Part shown: positions 9,643-19,730 of the stretch, in pieces | Numbering within the stretch: the stretch's first letter is position 1 | Layout of the letters: each line of letters opens with the position of its first letter | Source of the DNA: Acidimicrobiia bacterium | GTDB taxonomy: Bacteria > Actinomycetota > Acidimicrobiia > IMCC26256 > JACDBD01 | DNA: 64,000 nt | Assembly: GCA_050743365.1 (NCBI GenBank) | Contig: JBOGFI010000050.1 | Span: forward strand, 2,917 to 66,916 | Direction of reading: 5' to 3' | The notes under the pieces: generated by a model | Databases searched by the model: none | Seen by the model: only the letters and a program-made list of their open reading frames with translations | What the model was told of the DNA's origin: nothing | Made by a program: the position numbers and the translations under genes

Positions 9643-10650
9643 ATGCGTTACCGGCGGTTCGGCGACACCGAGCTCGAGGTGTCGGAGGTCGGCTTCGGTG
9701 CCTGGACGATCGCGACCGACTGGTGGGGCAAGGTCGACGACAAGGCCGGGCTCGTGCACGCCGCCCTCGATGCGGGCGTCACCTTCTTCGACACCGCCCC
9801 CGTGTACGGCGACGACGGCTTCGGCGAGCGGATCGTCGCCGAGCTCGTCGGCAGACGCGACGACGTCGTCATCACGACGAAGTGCGGGTACGACCTCGAC
9901 GCCCCCCGCAACGCGCCCGGCCATTCCGAACGCCCGCAGGACTGGCGGCCCGACGCGGTGCGGAGCCAACTCGAGGCGTCGCTGCGACGGCTCGAGCGCG
10001 ACCACATCGACCTCTACCAGCTGCACAACGTGCGCATGGAGCCGGTGCTGGCCGACGACCTGTGGGACGAGCTCGAGCGATTCCGCGTCGAGGGCAAGGT
10101 GCGGGAGGTCGGCGTCGCGCTCGGCCCCGCCATCGGCTGGACCGACGAGGGCCTGCACGCGCTGCGGGAGCGCCCGATCGTGTCGCTCCAGACCGTGTTC
10201 AACCTGCTCGAGCAGGAGCCCGGGCGCACGTTCGCGGCCGAGCCGGCCGTGACCGAGGGCCGGGTCGGCCTCATCGCCCGGGTGCCGCACGCGTCGGACG
10301 TGCTGTCGGGCAAGGTGACCCGCGACACCCGGTTCGAGGGCGACGACCACCGTGCCCACCGCAAGCGCGAGAACCTGCTCGACCTGCTCGACAAGGCCGA
10401 CACGCTCGCCTTCCTCCACGGCGGCGACACCGGCCGGTCGATCGGCCAAGCCGCGGTGGCCGGCATCCTCGCGTTCGACGGGTTCACGACGGTGCTCCCC
10501 ACCTGCGTGACCGCCGACGAGGTGCGCGAGTACGCGGCGGCAGCCGAGATGCCCTTCGCCGGCGGGGAGAAGTCGAAGCTCGACGAGCTCTGGGGGCGGA
10601 ACTTCGGGGTCACCGACCGCTACGAGATGCCGCTCAAGTCGAGCGTGTGA
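9643..10650 (+). CDS. Aldo/keto reductase
   Basis: 335 aa: GFGAWT, GVTFFDTAPVYG, DLYQLHN. AGGAG lies 6 nt upstream of the ATG. Confidence 0.85.
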   Translation: MRYRRFGDTELEVSEVGFGAWTIATDWWGKVDDKAGLVHAALDAGVTFFDTAPVYGDDGFGERIVAELVGRRDDVVITTKCGYDLDAPRNAPGHSERPQDWRPDAVRSQLEASLRRLERDHIDLYQLHNVRMEPVLADDLWDELERFRVEGKVREVGVALGPAIGWTDEGLHALRERPIVSLQTVFNLLEQEPGRTFAAEPAVTEGRVGLIARVPHASDVLSGKVTRDTRFEGDDHRAHRKRENLLDLLDKADTLAFLHGGDTGRSIGQAAVAGILAFDGFTTVLPTCVTADEVREYAAAAEMPFAGGEKSKLDELWGRNFGVTDRYEMPLKSSV

Positions 10651-11267
10651 TGCGACTCCCCGCCCACCAGCGGCGCCGCCAGCTCCTCGAGGTGGCGCGC
10701 GACGTATTCGCAGCCGGGGGCTTCCACACAACCGCCATGGACGACATCGCCAACGCCGCCGGCGTCACGAAGCCCGTCCTGTACCAGCACTTCCCGTCGA
10801 AGCGGGCACTGTTCCTCGAGCTGCTCGACGACATCGGTCGGCAGCTGCTCGACGAGCTGGGCGCCGCGACCGGCGCGGTCGAGACCGGGCGCGAACGCGT
10901 CGAGGCCGGGTTCGAGGCGTACTTCCGCTATGTCACCGGCAACCGCGCCGCTTTCCGGCTCATCTTCGGGGCGTCGGTGCGCAACGACCCCGAGTTCGCC
11001 CGGATCGCCGATCGCGTGCTGCGCGACGCCGCCGACGCGGTCAGCGCGCTGATCGAGATCGAGGGCACCGAGGAGCACCGGCGCGTGCTCGCCCATGCCC
11101 TGGTCGGGGTGGCCGAGGCTACGAGCCGCCACGCGCTCACCGACCCCGACGCGTCCCAGGATCCCGAGCAGCTCGCCCGCTGGGTGTCGGAGCTGGTCTG
11201 GTTCGGTCTGCGCGGCATCCGGGCCGAGCGTGAGCCGGCGCCGGCGAGCGGGGCCCTCGAACGGTAG
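10650..11267 (+). CDS. TetR family transcriptional regulator
   Basis: Internal ATG 10650 of ORF 9723..11267, overlapping the AKR stop (TGATG). The N-terminal HTH reads FHTTAMDDIANAAGVTKPVLYQHFPSKRALF. Confidence 0.85.
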   Translation: MRLPAHQRRRQLLEVARDVFAAGGFHTTAMDDIANAAGVTKPVLYQHFPSKRALFLELLDDIGRQLLDELGAATGAVETGRERVEAGFEAYFRYVTGNRAAFRLIFGASVRNDPEFARIADRVLRDAADAVSALIEIEGTEEHRRVLAHALVGVAEATSRHALTDPDASQDPEQLARWVSELVWFGLRGIRAEREPAPASGALER

Positions 11268-11329
11268 CGGTCTGCCTCGATTCGGCGGGCGAGAGGCGTA
11301 CGGCCCACCTGGTGACCGACGAACCGGTC

Positions 11330-12187
11330 CTATGTGCGGGTCGGCTGCCCGCGTCTCTGCCGCCAGGGCGAAGAACGGCCGGACGGCGCGTGTCGACGGA
11401 ACCTGCCGCGGGTCGCCGACTTCTCGCGCGTAGGCGAGCCGGACCAGGGGGATTCGGCTGCCGCCTGACTGGTGCCCTTACGAGGACGGACGGCTAGCGC
11501 GCCGCTCACCTCCTCCAGTGCCGGTACCCGGCGTCCGAACCAGCGGTGGGCCCAGGTGACGGTTCGGCCCCCGAGGAAACGCTCGACCAGGCCGGCGATC
11601 ACGACCAGATCGGCCAGCGGTGACGCGTTGGTCACGTACCACTCGTCGACAGCCAGCTTGAGCGGCAGGACGAGATCGCCGTACACGTCGTCCCCGGGAG
11701 CAGCGTCGGCGAGGAGGTGATCCTCCCAGTCATGGACCAGGACCTGGGACGGACCGGCGATGCCCGGTCGCCCCCGGAGGACGGCTTGCCAGCGCGGATC
11801 TTCCTGGTTGACGTAGGCGGGGGTCTCGGGGCGCGGGCCGATGATCGCCATGGTGCCGGTGACGACGTGTAGGAGCTGGGGAAGCTCGTCGAGCCGGGAG
11901 GCGCGCAGGTATCGCCCCAGACGCGTGATGCGGGTGTCGTCCCGACCTGCAGTCAGCGCGCGGCCGCCGGCAGTCCCGTCGGCCCGAGCGGTCCGCATGG
12001 TCCGCAGCTTGAGCAACGTGAACGGTCGACCGTGGCGCCCGATGCGCCGGAGCCGGACGATCGCTGGTCCCGGGCTCGTTCGCCGGGCGACGCCAGCCAA
12101 AAGGCCGACGAGTGGCAGGAGGGTCACGCCGACCACCGCGGCGACCACACGGTCGAGCGGGTTCCGAACGATGAGCCAGCGGTTCAT
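11330..12187 (-). CDS. Small monotopic phosphoglycosyltransferase (bacterial sugar transferase, PglC/WbaP C-domain type)
   Basis: 285 aa with an N-terminal re-entrant helix (VVAAVVGVTLLPLVGLL). Motifs are PFTLLKLRTM and RLDELPQLLHVVTGTMAIIGPRP. The last ~70 aa are low-complexity. The start forms an ATGA overlap with the DegT stop. Confidence 0.8.
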   Translation of the reverse strand: MNRWLIVRNPLDRVVAAVVGVTLLPLVGLLAGVARRTSPGPAIVRLRRIGRHGRPFTLLKLRTMRTARADGTAGGRALTAGRDDTRITRLGRYLRASRLDELPQLLHVVTGTMAIIGPRPETPAYVNQEDPRWQAVLRGRPGIAGPSQVLVHDWEDHLLADAAPGDDVYGDLVLPLKLAVDEWYVTNASPLADLVVIAGLVERFLGGRTVTWAHRWFGRRVPALEEVSGALAVRPRKGTSQAAAESPWSGSPTREKSATRGRFRRHAPSGRSSPWRQRRGQPTRT

Positions 12188-13347
12188 GACGCCTTGCCGA
12201 TGGCATCGGCGAGCGCGGCACAGACGCGGTCGACCTGGTCATCGGACAGCTCGGGGTGCAGGGGCAGGCTCAAGACCCGGGGGGCGAGCCCCTCGGCCAC
12301 GCCAAATCCCGCGGGATCGACCTGGGCGTGGCGGCGGAACCAGTCGAGGCGGTGCAACGGCTGGAAGTGGATGCTGGTGCCCACGCCCTCGGCCCCCAGC
12401 CGGTCGACCACCCGATCGCGCCGCACCCGGTCGGGCAGCACCACGACCATGAGGTGGTCGGCGCCGTTCTTCTCGAGCTCGTCGGGCACGCACCGAACAC
12501 CGTCAAGTTGCGCGAGCTGCTCGCGGTAACGGGTCACAGCGTGCCGGCGCCGGGCCTGGAGCTCGTCGAAGCGAGCGAGTTGCGCCCGGGCAACGGCGGC
12601 AAGCAGGTCGGGCAGGTTCGCCTTGATCCCCGGCGTGCGCACGTCGTAGGCGAGTCCGTCGCCAGACGTGTACCGAGCCCATGCGTCCACGCTGAGGCCA
12701 TGGAGCCGGTAAGCGTTCGCGAAGGTGGCGAGCTTCGGGTCCTCGGTCACAAGCGCGCCACCCTCGCCGCATGTCAGGTTCTTGGTCGCATAGAACGAGA
12801 AGCATGCAGCCATCGTGCCGTGGCCTCCGATGCGCCCACGCCAATCGCGCGAGCCGAGCGCGTGCGCGGCGTCCTCGACGACCGGCACCCCCGCATCGCG
12901 ACAGAGCTCGTAGATCCGGGGGTCGACGGGCACCCCGCCGAAATGGACGACCACGACCGCGCGCACGCCCACGTCGATCGCCCGAGCGACGGCGTCGAGT
13001 GAGACATTGAGGCTGTCGGCGTCGACATCGAGAAGGAGCGGAACCGCGCCGAAGCGAGTGAAGCTCGTGGCAGTCGACACGAACGTCCACGTCGGCACCG
13101 CCACCGTTGCACCGGGCGGCAGGTGCAGTGCCGCGGCCGCGGTCTCCATCGCCGCGGTGCACGACGACATCGCGACGACGTAGGGCATCCCGAGATACTC
13201 CCCGAGCTCGGATTCCAGCGCGAGACACTCCTGACCCGTGGTCAGCCAGCCGCTCTCCAGGACTCGGCAGGCGCTCGCGATCTCGTCGTCGCCGATACTC
13301 GGCGCCGCGAACACGACGCGGTCTTCGGTCACCCGAGCGCGTGCCAT
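12184..13347 (-). CDS. DegT/DnrJ/EryC1/StrS family sugar aminotransferase (PLP)
   Basis: ORF 12184..13371 with preferred ATG 13347. Motifs are GDDEI, WLTTGQE, VEDAAHALG and FSFYATKNLTCGEGG (PLP Lys). Confidence 0.85.
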   Translation of the reverse strand: MARARVTEDRVVFAAPSIGDDEIASACRVLESGWLTTGQECLALESELGEYLGMPYVVAMSSCTAAMETAAAALHLPPGATVAVPTWTFVSTATSFTRFGAVPLLLDVDADSLNVSLDAVARAIDVGVRAVVVVHFGGVPVDPRIYELCRDAGVPVVEDAAHALGSRDWRGRIGGHGTMAACFSFYATKNLTCGEGGALVTEDPKLATFANAYRLHGLSVDAWARYTSGDGLAYDVRTPGIKANLPDLLAAVARAQLARFDELQARRRHAVTRYREQLAQLDGVRCVPDELEKNGADHLMVVVLPDRVRRDRVVDRLGAEGVGTSIHFQPLHRLDWFRRHAQVDPAGFGVAEGLAPRVLSLPLHPELSDDQVDRVCAALADAIGKAS

Positions 13348-13696
13348 ACCGACCTGCCGATTCCGCTGCACTGCGCGCGACAGGGCCGTCGCCAGCCCAG
13401 GGCCGAGGACGACGACCGACGGTGGCCGCCCGTCACCGCGCGCGCGATCCCGCCCGCTGCCCGTCGAGTGCTCGAGTGGTGGCCGGTTGTACCCCGATGC
13501 ACCCCGATGCCCCCAAACCGGGCCCGCCCCTGAGATGTCGTGGAGTCTCTAGTAGAGAAAGGAGGTATTTGTCTACCCTCCACGAGCCTATGCGCCGTTC
13601 AGTGGCTTTGTCTCGTGACCTTGGGGGCTCGTCACGCCTTGCCCTCCGATGCGCCTCTATCGAACCGTCTTGACCGCCAAACGGAGGAGCCGAGGC

Positions 13697-14947
13697 TTGA
13701 GCCGGGTAAGGGTGGCGGTGCTCGGCGCGGGCATGCAGGGCGTTTGCACTGCGCTCGAGCTAGCGCGCCGGGGCGTCGCCGTGGAGCTGTTCGATCAAGA
13801 CGACACGGCGGTCAATCGAGCGAGCCTCCGCAACGAGGGAAAAATCCATCTGGGCTTCGTCTACGCCAATGACCCAACCTCGTCGACCGCGAACCTCATG
13901 CTGGAAGGAGCCTTGCGGTTCCGCCGACTGCTCGACCGCTGGACGCACGGCGGCTTCGCCTCGATTCCGACTTCGCACCCTTTCAACTATCTCGTAGCGG
14001 GAAACTCACTCGTTGGAACCGAGCGCCTCCGAGAGCACTACGAGAAGGTCCAACAGCGCTACCGGGAACGGACGACCGAAGATGCGGGACTCGACTACCT
14101 CGGAGGCCGCCCCGCGCTCATCGTGCGGCCCCTCACGCGCGGAGAGCTACGTGCGACGTCACCGGAGACCGTCGTGGCCGGGTTCGCAACCGCAGAGGTC
14201 GCGATCCACTTGCCGACCGCAGTCGCACTGCTTCGAGATGCCATGACCGCGTCCTCCGTGCGGTTCCATAAGCGCCGCAGGATACGAGCGGTGCAGCGCA
14301 GCACGTCCGGGTTCCGCGTGGACGGTACAGGCCCAGATGGCACGTGGTCCCTGGGTTGCGATCAGGTCGTGAACACGCTCTGGGACGGACGACTCGCCGT
14401 CGACGCGACCATGGGCCTCGTCCCCGACCGTCCGTGGATCTATCGCCTCAAGTACCGGGTGCTCGTCCGTCTCCCAAAGGTCCTCCGAGCGAGCGCGTCC
14501 GCCAGCCTCGTACTCGGGCCGTACGGGGACGTCGTCGTCCACCCCGGTGGCACTGGCTACGTCTCGTGGTACCCAGGGTGCATGCGCGCGTGGAGCGAGG
14601 AACTCGCGCCCCCCGCATCGTGGGACGCTGCGTGCCGCGGCATTCTGGACGCGGCGGACGCCTCCGACATCGCTCGGCGCGCGTTTAACGGCGCGGATCC
14701 ATGGTTCCCGGGGATCGCGGCGGCGGAGCCGTTCACCGTGGACGCGGGAGTGATCTTTGCCTTCGGCCGGACCGACATCGACGACCCGTCCAGTGAGCTG
14801 CACCGACGCGACACGATCGGAGTGCGATCGTGCGACGGATACCACACTGTCAATACCGGCAAACTGACGACAGCACCGATGTTCGCCGTCGACGCCGCCG
14901 ACCGCGTCACAGCCACGAGAGATCTGCCGCACCACCCCTGGTCATGA
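13697..14947 (+). CDS. FAD-dependent oxidoreductase (DAO-like)
   Basis: ORF 13649..14947. I prefer TTG 13697, preceded by GGAGGAG (13684-13690), which places the Rossmann motif VAVLGAGMQG at the N-terminus. The substrate is unknown. Confidence 0.65.
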   Translation: MSRVRVAVLGAGMQGVCTALELARRGVAVELFDQDDTAVNRASLRNEGKIHLGFVYANDPTSSTANLMLEGALRFRRLLDRWTHGGFASIPTSHPFNYLVAGNSLVGTERLREHYEKVQQRYRERTTEDAGLDYLGGRPALIVRPLTRGELRATSPETVVAGFATAEVAIHLPTAVALLRDAMTASSVRFHKRRRIRAVQRSTSGFRVDGTGPDGTWSLGCDQVVNTLWDGRLAVDATMGLVPDRPWIYRLKYRVLVRLPKVLRASASASLVLGPYGDVVVHPGGTGYVSWYPGCMRAWSEELAPPASWDAACRGILDAADASDIARRAFNGADPWFPGIAAAEPFTVDAGVIFAFGRTDIDDPSSELHRRDTIGVRSCDGYHTVNTGKLTTAPMFAVDAADRVTATRDLPHHPWS

Positions 14948-15882
14948 CCCGGAGATGTCGCGATGCTCCGAGAGTTGTGGCCATGGTGCCGACCGCGAAC
15001 GCAGCGCGCTTCGTCGCCGAGACACTGCAATCCCTGGCCGCTCAGGACTATCCCAACCTGGAGATCGTGATTTTCGACGACGCGTCGACCGACGCCACCT
15101 GGGCGATCTGTCGATCGTTCGCCGACGTTGACGCAAGGTTCCATGTCGTGAGGCATCCGTCGGCTCTTGGATGGCCCGGGAACTTGAACGCCTTGCTCGA
15201 GTCGGTGGACGGTGAGTATGCCTTCTTCGCGCCACACGACGATCTCTTCGAGAGATCGTATGTTCGTCGAATGGTCGAGGCGCTCGAGCTGCGATCGGAG
15301 GCAGTGCTGGCCTTCTCGCAAACCCTGCGCTTCGACGACACGGGGCCGCGCGAGTTGCGAACCGGCGAGCTCTCCGCGAGACCCGGCGGACGGATCCGGC
15401 GCGGACTGCGCTACATCTTGATGACGCTCGAGGACGACCGCGCCATTCCGTTCCGCGGCGTCGCTCGCATCAGCGCCCTTCGCCAGGTCGGAGGTCTTCG
15501 TATAACGAACGCCGTCGCGTTCAGCGCGGACGTTCGATGGCTCTTCCGTCTCAACCTCATCGGTCCGTTTGTCCTGGTCCCCGAAACGCTGTGTCAAAAG
15601 CGCGCTCCCCTGGGCGTGATCCACGGGATCGTTTCCCTATTGCCACACGGCAGCGACATCGACCGCTCGGGCCCGCTCAACCGACTCTTGACGAGAGGTC
15701 GAAGCGCGCGTCTCATGATCCTCGAGGCGCTCATGTACGCATCCGAGATCCGAGCTGCGCAATTGCGTGCATCCGAACGATCGGCGCTGCTCGCGGGGGT
15801 GCCAGTGCGAATCGGGCTCGTGTTGCTCCCGCGGCCGATGCGCCCGCGAGCACGACGTCTCCTTGCGCGGCTCTGCAGGTGA
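14944..15882 (+). CDS. GT2 family glycosyltransferase
   Basis: Internal ATG 14944 of ORF 14830..15882, in an ATGA overlap with the upstream stop. VVAMVPTANAARFVAETLQSLAAQDYPNLEIVIFDDASTD is a GT-A N-terminus. Confidence 0.8.
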   Translation: MTRRCRDAPRVVAMVPTANAARFVAETLQSLAAQDYPNLEIVIFDDASTDATWAICRSFADVDARFHVVRHPSALGWPGNLNALLESVDGEYAFFAPHDDLFERSYVRRMVEALELRSEAVLAFSQTLRFDDTGPRELRTGELSARPGGRIRRGLRYILMTLEDDRAIPFRGVARISALRQVGGLRITNAVAFSADVRWLFRLNLIGPFVLVPETLCQKRAPLGVIHGIVSLLPHGSDIDRSGPLNRLLTRGRSARLMILEALMYASEIRAAQLRASERSALLAGVPVRIGLVLLPRPMRPRARRLLARLCR

Positions 15883-15912
15883 GTGTCCAGGCCGTGCCTG
15901 AGGAGGGTGCCG

Positions 15913-16950
15913 ATGACGCTTGACGGCCGCGCCGATCGCCTCCCGCTCGTCTCGGTCGTCATGCCGGTCCGGAACGAGGAGGCCTACCTGGCGCGTTCAC
16001 TCGGTGCAGTCCTTCGCCAGGACTACCCCGCCGACCGCCTGGAGGTGATCGTCGTCGACGGCGCGTCCGACGACCGGACGACAGCGGTTGCCGAGGCGCT
16101 CACGGCCGGGCTCGACGTTCCGCCCATCTCGGTCGTCACCAACCCGGCGGCGATCACGCCGGTCTCCCTGAACCTCGGGATCGAGAAGGCCGCGGGCGAC
16201 ATCATCGTGAGGGTCGACGGGCATTGCGAGATCGCACCGGACTACGTGCGTCGCTGCGTGGATGTCTTGCTCGAGACGGGCGTCGAGTGTGTCGGCGGCG
16301 TCTTCGTCACCGAGGGTGAGACCGAGTCGGCCCGCACCATCGCGGTCGCCCAGAGCTCTCGCTTCGGTGTCGGGAACGTCGCCTTCCGCACCGGTCGAGC
16401 CGACCCCGGTCTCGTCGACACCGTGCCCTTCGGCGCCTGGCCCCGGCGGGTCTTCGACGAGTTCGGGCTCTTCGACGAGGACCTGGTGCGCAACCAGGAC
16501 GACGAGTTCAACTTCCGAGTCATCCAGGCCGGTGGCAGAGTCTGGTACGACCCGACCATCCGGTCGCGCTACTTCAGCCGCGCCACCCTGCCGAAGCTCT
16601 GGCGGCAGTACTTCGAGTACGGCTGCTACAAGGTGCTCGTCGCCAAGAAGCGCGGCGGCGTCGCCTCCGCACGCCACCTCGTGCCAGTTGGGTTCGTCGC
16701 CGCGCTGTCCTGCGGCGCGGTGGCATCGGCTGTGAGCGGCCGCGCCCGATGGCTCCTCGCCGTGGTCGCCCCGTATGCCGTGGCCAACGCGACGATGAGC
16801 CTGCGCCTCGCCTCACGGCACCACGTCCCGGCCCCGCAGCTCGCTGCCGCCTTCGCCACGCTTCACCTCGCCTACGGGAGCGGGTTCACCTGGGGCGCCG
16901 TTCGCTGGCACCTGCACCCGAAGGTCGACAGCCAACGGGCGTGCCCTTGA
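15913..16950 (+). CDS. GT2 family glycosyltransferase with C-terminal membrane spans
   Basis: ORF 15883..16950. ATG 15913 has GAGGAGGG 5 nt upstream. Motifs are VSVVMPVRNEE, VIVVDGASDD and NQDDEFNFR, followed by a hydrophobic tail. Confidence 0.8.
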   Translation: MTLDGRADRLPLVSVVMPVRNEEAYLARSLGAVLRQDYPADRLEVIVVDGASDDRTTAVAEALTAGLDVPPISVVTNPAAITPVSLNLGIEKAAGDIIVRVDGHCEIAPDYVRRCVDVLLETGVECVGGVFVTEGETESARTIAVAQSSRFGVGNVAFRTGRADPGLVDTVPFGAWPRRVFDEFGLFDEDLVRNQDDEFNFRVIQAGGRVWYDPTIRSRYFSRATLPKLWRQYFEYGCYKVLVAKKRGGVASARHLVPVGFVAALSCGAVASAVSGRARWLLAVVAPYAVANATMSLRLASRHHVPAPQLAAAFATLHLAYGSGFTWGAVRWHLHPKVDSQRACP

Positions 16951-18043
16951 GATGCACCATGCCATCGCTGTCGCCGCGCGTGAGATGCATGTCCGTGATC
17001 GGAACGTCTGTCAGGAGAGGGTGGGCGGTCGGAGCTGCAAACGCGAAGTAGTTGGTGGGCCCGACTCGGAAGCCAACTGTCGTCGCTGCATTCAGCCAAC
17101 GTGCACTTGACCAGTTGGCGAACACCAGGTCGACGTCGTGTTCAGCGAGCACGCTAACGCCACCGGCCAGCACGGCCGACTCTTGCCCAGCTCGGCTGAA
17201 CGCGTCGACGATGACACCGACTCGAAGGTCACCGAAGTAGGAATGCTCATGCATCTGCATCGGTGCAATGACCGTCCAGCCCACATCTGAACAAGAGCTC
17301 GCGTCTCGAAACCTGATGCGGACGAACCGATCGTCAGACGCGGGATAGCGGCGATTGAGCGTGACTGCGTCTCGGCACACGCCGGCGCCGATGAGGTCGC
17401 GCGCAGCCTGATACGTTTCAGTCGCCCAGACGCCGAACTCGCGCTCGACGACCGCAGAGACCGAAGCCGGTTTACGCATCAACCTCACCCACGAGCGGTG
17501 CGCGGCAAGTACGAGCTGTGGGATGCCGGTCGACGTCGCGGCGCGGGCAGCGAGCCAGGTCATCCGTCGGCGACGAAGATACCGAAGCTCTCTTGCTATC
17601 CGTCGCGGTCGCAGGCCCAGATAGACGAAAGGGACAGGGGCATGAGCGCACCCCGCTGCAATCATGAACCGCGCCGCGGGCTCGTCAAGGCCGCCAACGC
17701 CAAGCCCCAAGAGCAATGGGTGCCGTATCGTAACGGCGCGACCCAGCTGGAGGGCGGCGAGAGCCTGCCGGCGGTCCACGACACCCTCCGAGATCGGCGC
17801 CTGAATCCATGCACCCCAGCGCTCGCGGTCGCGAACGAAGAACCGCTCATGTACGAGCCGGACGCCCGCCCGTACTTCGCCGTCACGATCGAACGCGACG
17901 AACACGGTTCGTCGCAGCCCGCGATGCGTCTCGCTGTCACCGGGAGGTTGGGGAAGTCGTTCGCTACGTCCGCCAGCGGCGAGACGGGCATTGAACCGCT
18001 CAATTGCCGCTCCGTCGAGGCGTGTAGCGACGCGTACCGGCAT
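16886..18043 (-). CDS. GNAT / FemAB-like (CelD-type) acyltransferase
   Basis: ORF 16886..18151 with preferred ATG 18043 (MPVRVATRLDG). At about 385 aa, the size and the C-terminal GFRVGPTNYFAF segment resemble Acetyltransf_6/FemAB-like EPS proteins. This family call is by-eye and tentative. Its 3' end overlaps the convergent GT2 by ~65 nt. Confidence 0.45.
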   Translation of the reverse strand: MPVRVATRLDGAAIERFNARLAAGGRSERLPQPPGDSETHRGLRRTVFVAFDRDGEVRAGVRLVHERFFVRDRERWGAWIQAPISEGVVDRRQALAALQLGRAVTIRHPLLLGLGVGGLDEPAARFMIAAGCAHAPVPFVYLGLRPRRIARELRYLRRRRMTWLAARAATSTGIPQLVLAAHRSWVRLMRKPASVSAVVEREFGVWATETYQAARDLIGAGVCRDAVTLNRRYPASDDRFVRIRFRDASSCSDVGWTVIAPMQMHEHSYFGDLRVGVIVDAFSRAGQESAVLAGGVSVLAEHDVDLVFANWSSARWLNAATTVGFRVGPTNYFAFAAPTAHPLLTDVPITDMHLTRGDSDGMVHLKGTPVGCRPSGAGASERRPR

Positions 18044-18119
18044 CAGTGAGGATTCCCACGGTCGTAGTGGCCAGGGGATGCACGCTCGGAGCGGATTAGC
18101 CGCGCCAGAAGATTGGGAA

Positions 18120-19730
18120 TCAGGAACCCCCGTTGACCATCTCCAGCTCACCTTTGAGATATCGGCGCGTCAGTTCGCGTCTTTGTAGCTTCCCAGATGG
18201 CGTAAAGGGCAGGTGTCCACGAGCGACGAGGACAACTTGCGAGGGGCTACACGCGGCAACACTGAGTGCGGCCTTGCGGATTTCACGGATCAGCGCGGAC
18301 ACCTCGCTCTGAGCGAGCCGACCGCTCGATTCTGGTTCTGCGGCGACGACCCAATCGCCGGAAGGGAGCCCGAAGACCCCAGTTCGCCCCGCGCGGACCG
18401 CGCCGATGCCCCCCATTGCTTCCTCGACGGCAGGGGCGTAGATGTTGCGTCCTCTTGCTACAACGTAATCGTCACCCCGGCCGCACACGTACAGCCATCC
18501 GTCAGCAATCGCACCGAGATCACCGGTCATCAGCCAACCGTCCGGGTCGGCGAAGGAAGCGCCGCTGGCACCATCGACCCCGATCGATGCACCGCGGACA
18601 GAAACGGGACCGACTGCGCCGGACTCGGCATCGCAGCGCACCTCGTAGCCGCTGATCGCAGGTCCGCTCGAAACGAGACCGGTCACTTCTCTGCTCTCCG
18701 CGGGATCCATCCCTTGAGGCATCAAGCGTTGTTCTGCGAGCGGCAGTGTCGCAACGGTCATTTCCCGCCACTGCGATCCCATGGGAGTCATCGTTGCCGC
18801 GAGCCCTAGCTCGGCCATTCCATAAGCAGGGCAAAATGCAGTCGGACGGAACCCGGCCGTGCCGAATCGATCACTGAAGCCCGTGAGTGTCGACCGTCGG
18901 ATCATTTCTCCACCGACGATTGCACACCGCAACCGTGATAGGTCCAATGCACCCCTCTGGTCTCGTTCAGCGCACAGGCGGTAGCCGAAGTCCGGTGCGG
19001 CCGTGATCGTTGCGGCGCAGTCGCTGATCGCGCTCACCCACGCGCTGGGATTGCGCAAGAAATCGACGGGGTCCAAGAGGATGATGTCACCCTGTCGCGC
19101 CAGCGAAGGGCGGGTTGACGCAAGGCTCGTTAGCAACATTCCGATCAGCCCCATGTCGTGGGACAAGGGAAGCCACGAAACCGGCTTGTCACCTGGTTCT
19201 GGCTGGACCGCGCTGATGATCGCGGCCACATTCGCGCCGAGCTGCCGATCAGTGAGCTTCACCGCCTTTGGTTGATCGGTCGACCCGGAGCTGTACTGGA
19301 TCAGCTCGAAGCCGCTTTCCCGCGGCCCCGCCAACGGAACGCTTCCTAGGTCGGAGTGAGGCCGTACCTCGAGGGTGGTGCCCTCCAGCAGCGGAGCCAC
19401 GTCGTCGCGGGCGACAATCTGGTTCATGCCTTGCGCTTCACATGCGCGTCGCACGAAGCGGAGGTATTCGACCGGGTCGGCTGACCGGGCGGGTAAAGGT
19501 AGCGAGATCAGTTGCGCTCCCGCTTCGATCGCGCCGAGCAGCAACTCAACCGTCGGCCGATCATTGGTCATCAAGGCGGCTACGCCCGGAGAATCGGCGG
19601 ATTTCGAGAAGTAACGCCGACCATCCCCTAGGCACTCGGCGGCAGCAACCGGTAATGCTCCGACGCCGAAGACCAGGCGTGCATTACCGATACCCTCCAG
19701 TACGCCCTCGGACAGGCTCTCAGCCGTCAC
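18120..19730 (-). CDS. Fatty-acyl-AMP ligase-like adenylate-forming enzyme
   Basis: 536 aa with a GTG start. Motifs are YSSGSTDQPKAV (core A3), PAYGMAELG, GDLG and the C-terminal PFTPSGKLQRREL. There is no SD upstream. Confidence 0.8.
   Translation of the reverse strand: MTAESLSEGVLEGIGNARLVFGVGALPVAAAECLGDGRRYFSKSADSPGVAALMTNDRPTVELLLGAIEAGAQLISLPLPARSADPVEYLRFVRRACEAQGMNQIVARDDVAPLLEGTTLEVRPHSDLGSVPLAGPRESGFELIQYSSGSTDQPKAVKLTDRQLGANVAAIISAVQPEPGDKPVSWLPLSHDMGLIGMLLTSLASTRPSLARQGDIILLDPVDFLRNPSAWVSAISDCAATITAAPDFGYRLCAERDQRGALDLSRLRCAIVGGEMIRRSTLTGFSDRFGTAGFRPTAFCPAYGMAELGLAATMTPMGSQWREMTVATLPLAEQRLMPQGMDPAESREVTGLVSSGPAISGYEVRCDAESGAVGPVSVRGASIGVDGASGASFADPDGWLMTGDLGAIADGWLYVCGRGDDYVVARGRNIYAPAVEEAMGGIGAVRAGRTGVFGLPSGDWVVAAEPESSGRLAQSEVSALIREIRKAALSVAACSPSQVVLVARGHLPFTPSGKLQRRELTRRYLKGELEMVNGGS

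Noticed and set aside
11330-11560. Low-complexity ~70-aa C-terminal tail of the phosphoglycosyltransferase (possible read-through or missed stop)
   Set aside because: No frameshift or alternative stop is evident in the sequence. High-GC genomes often extend ORFs, so I kept the full ORF and flag only the uncertainty.
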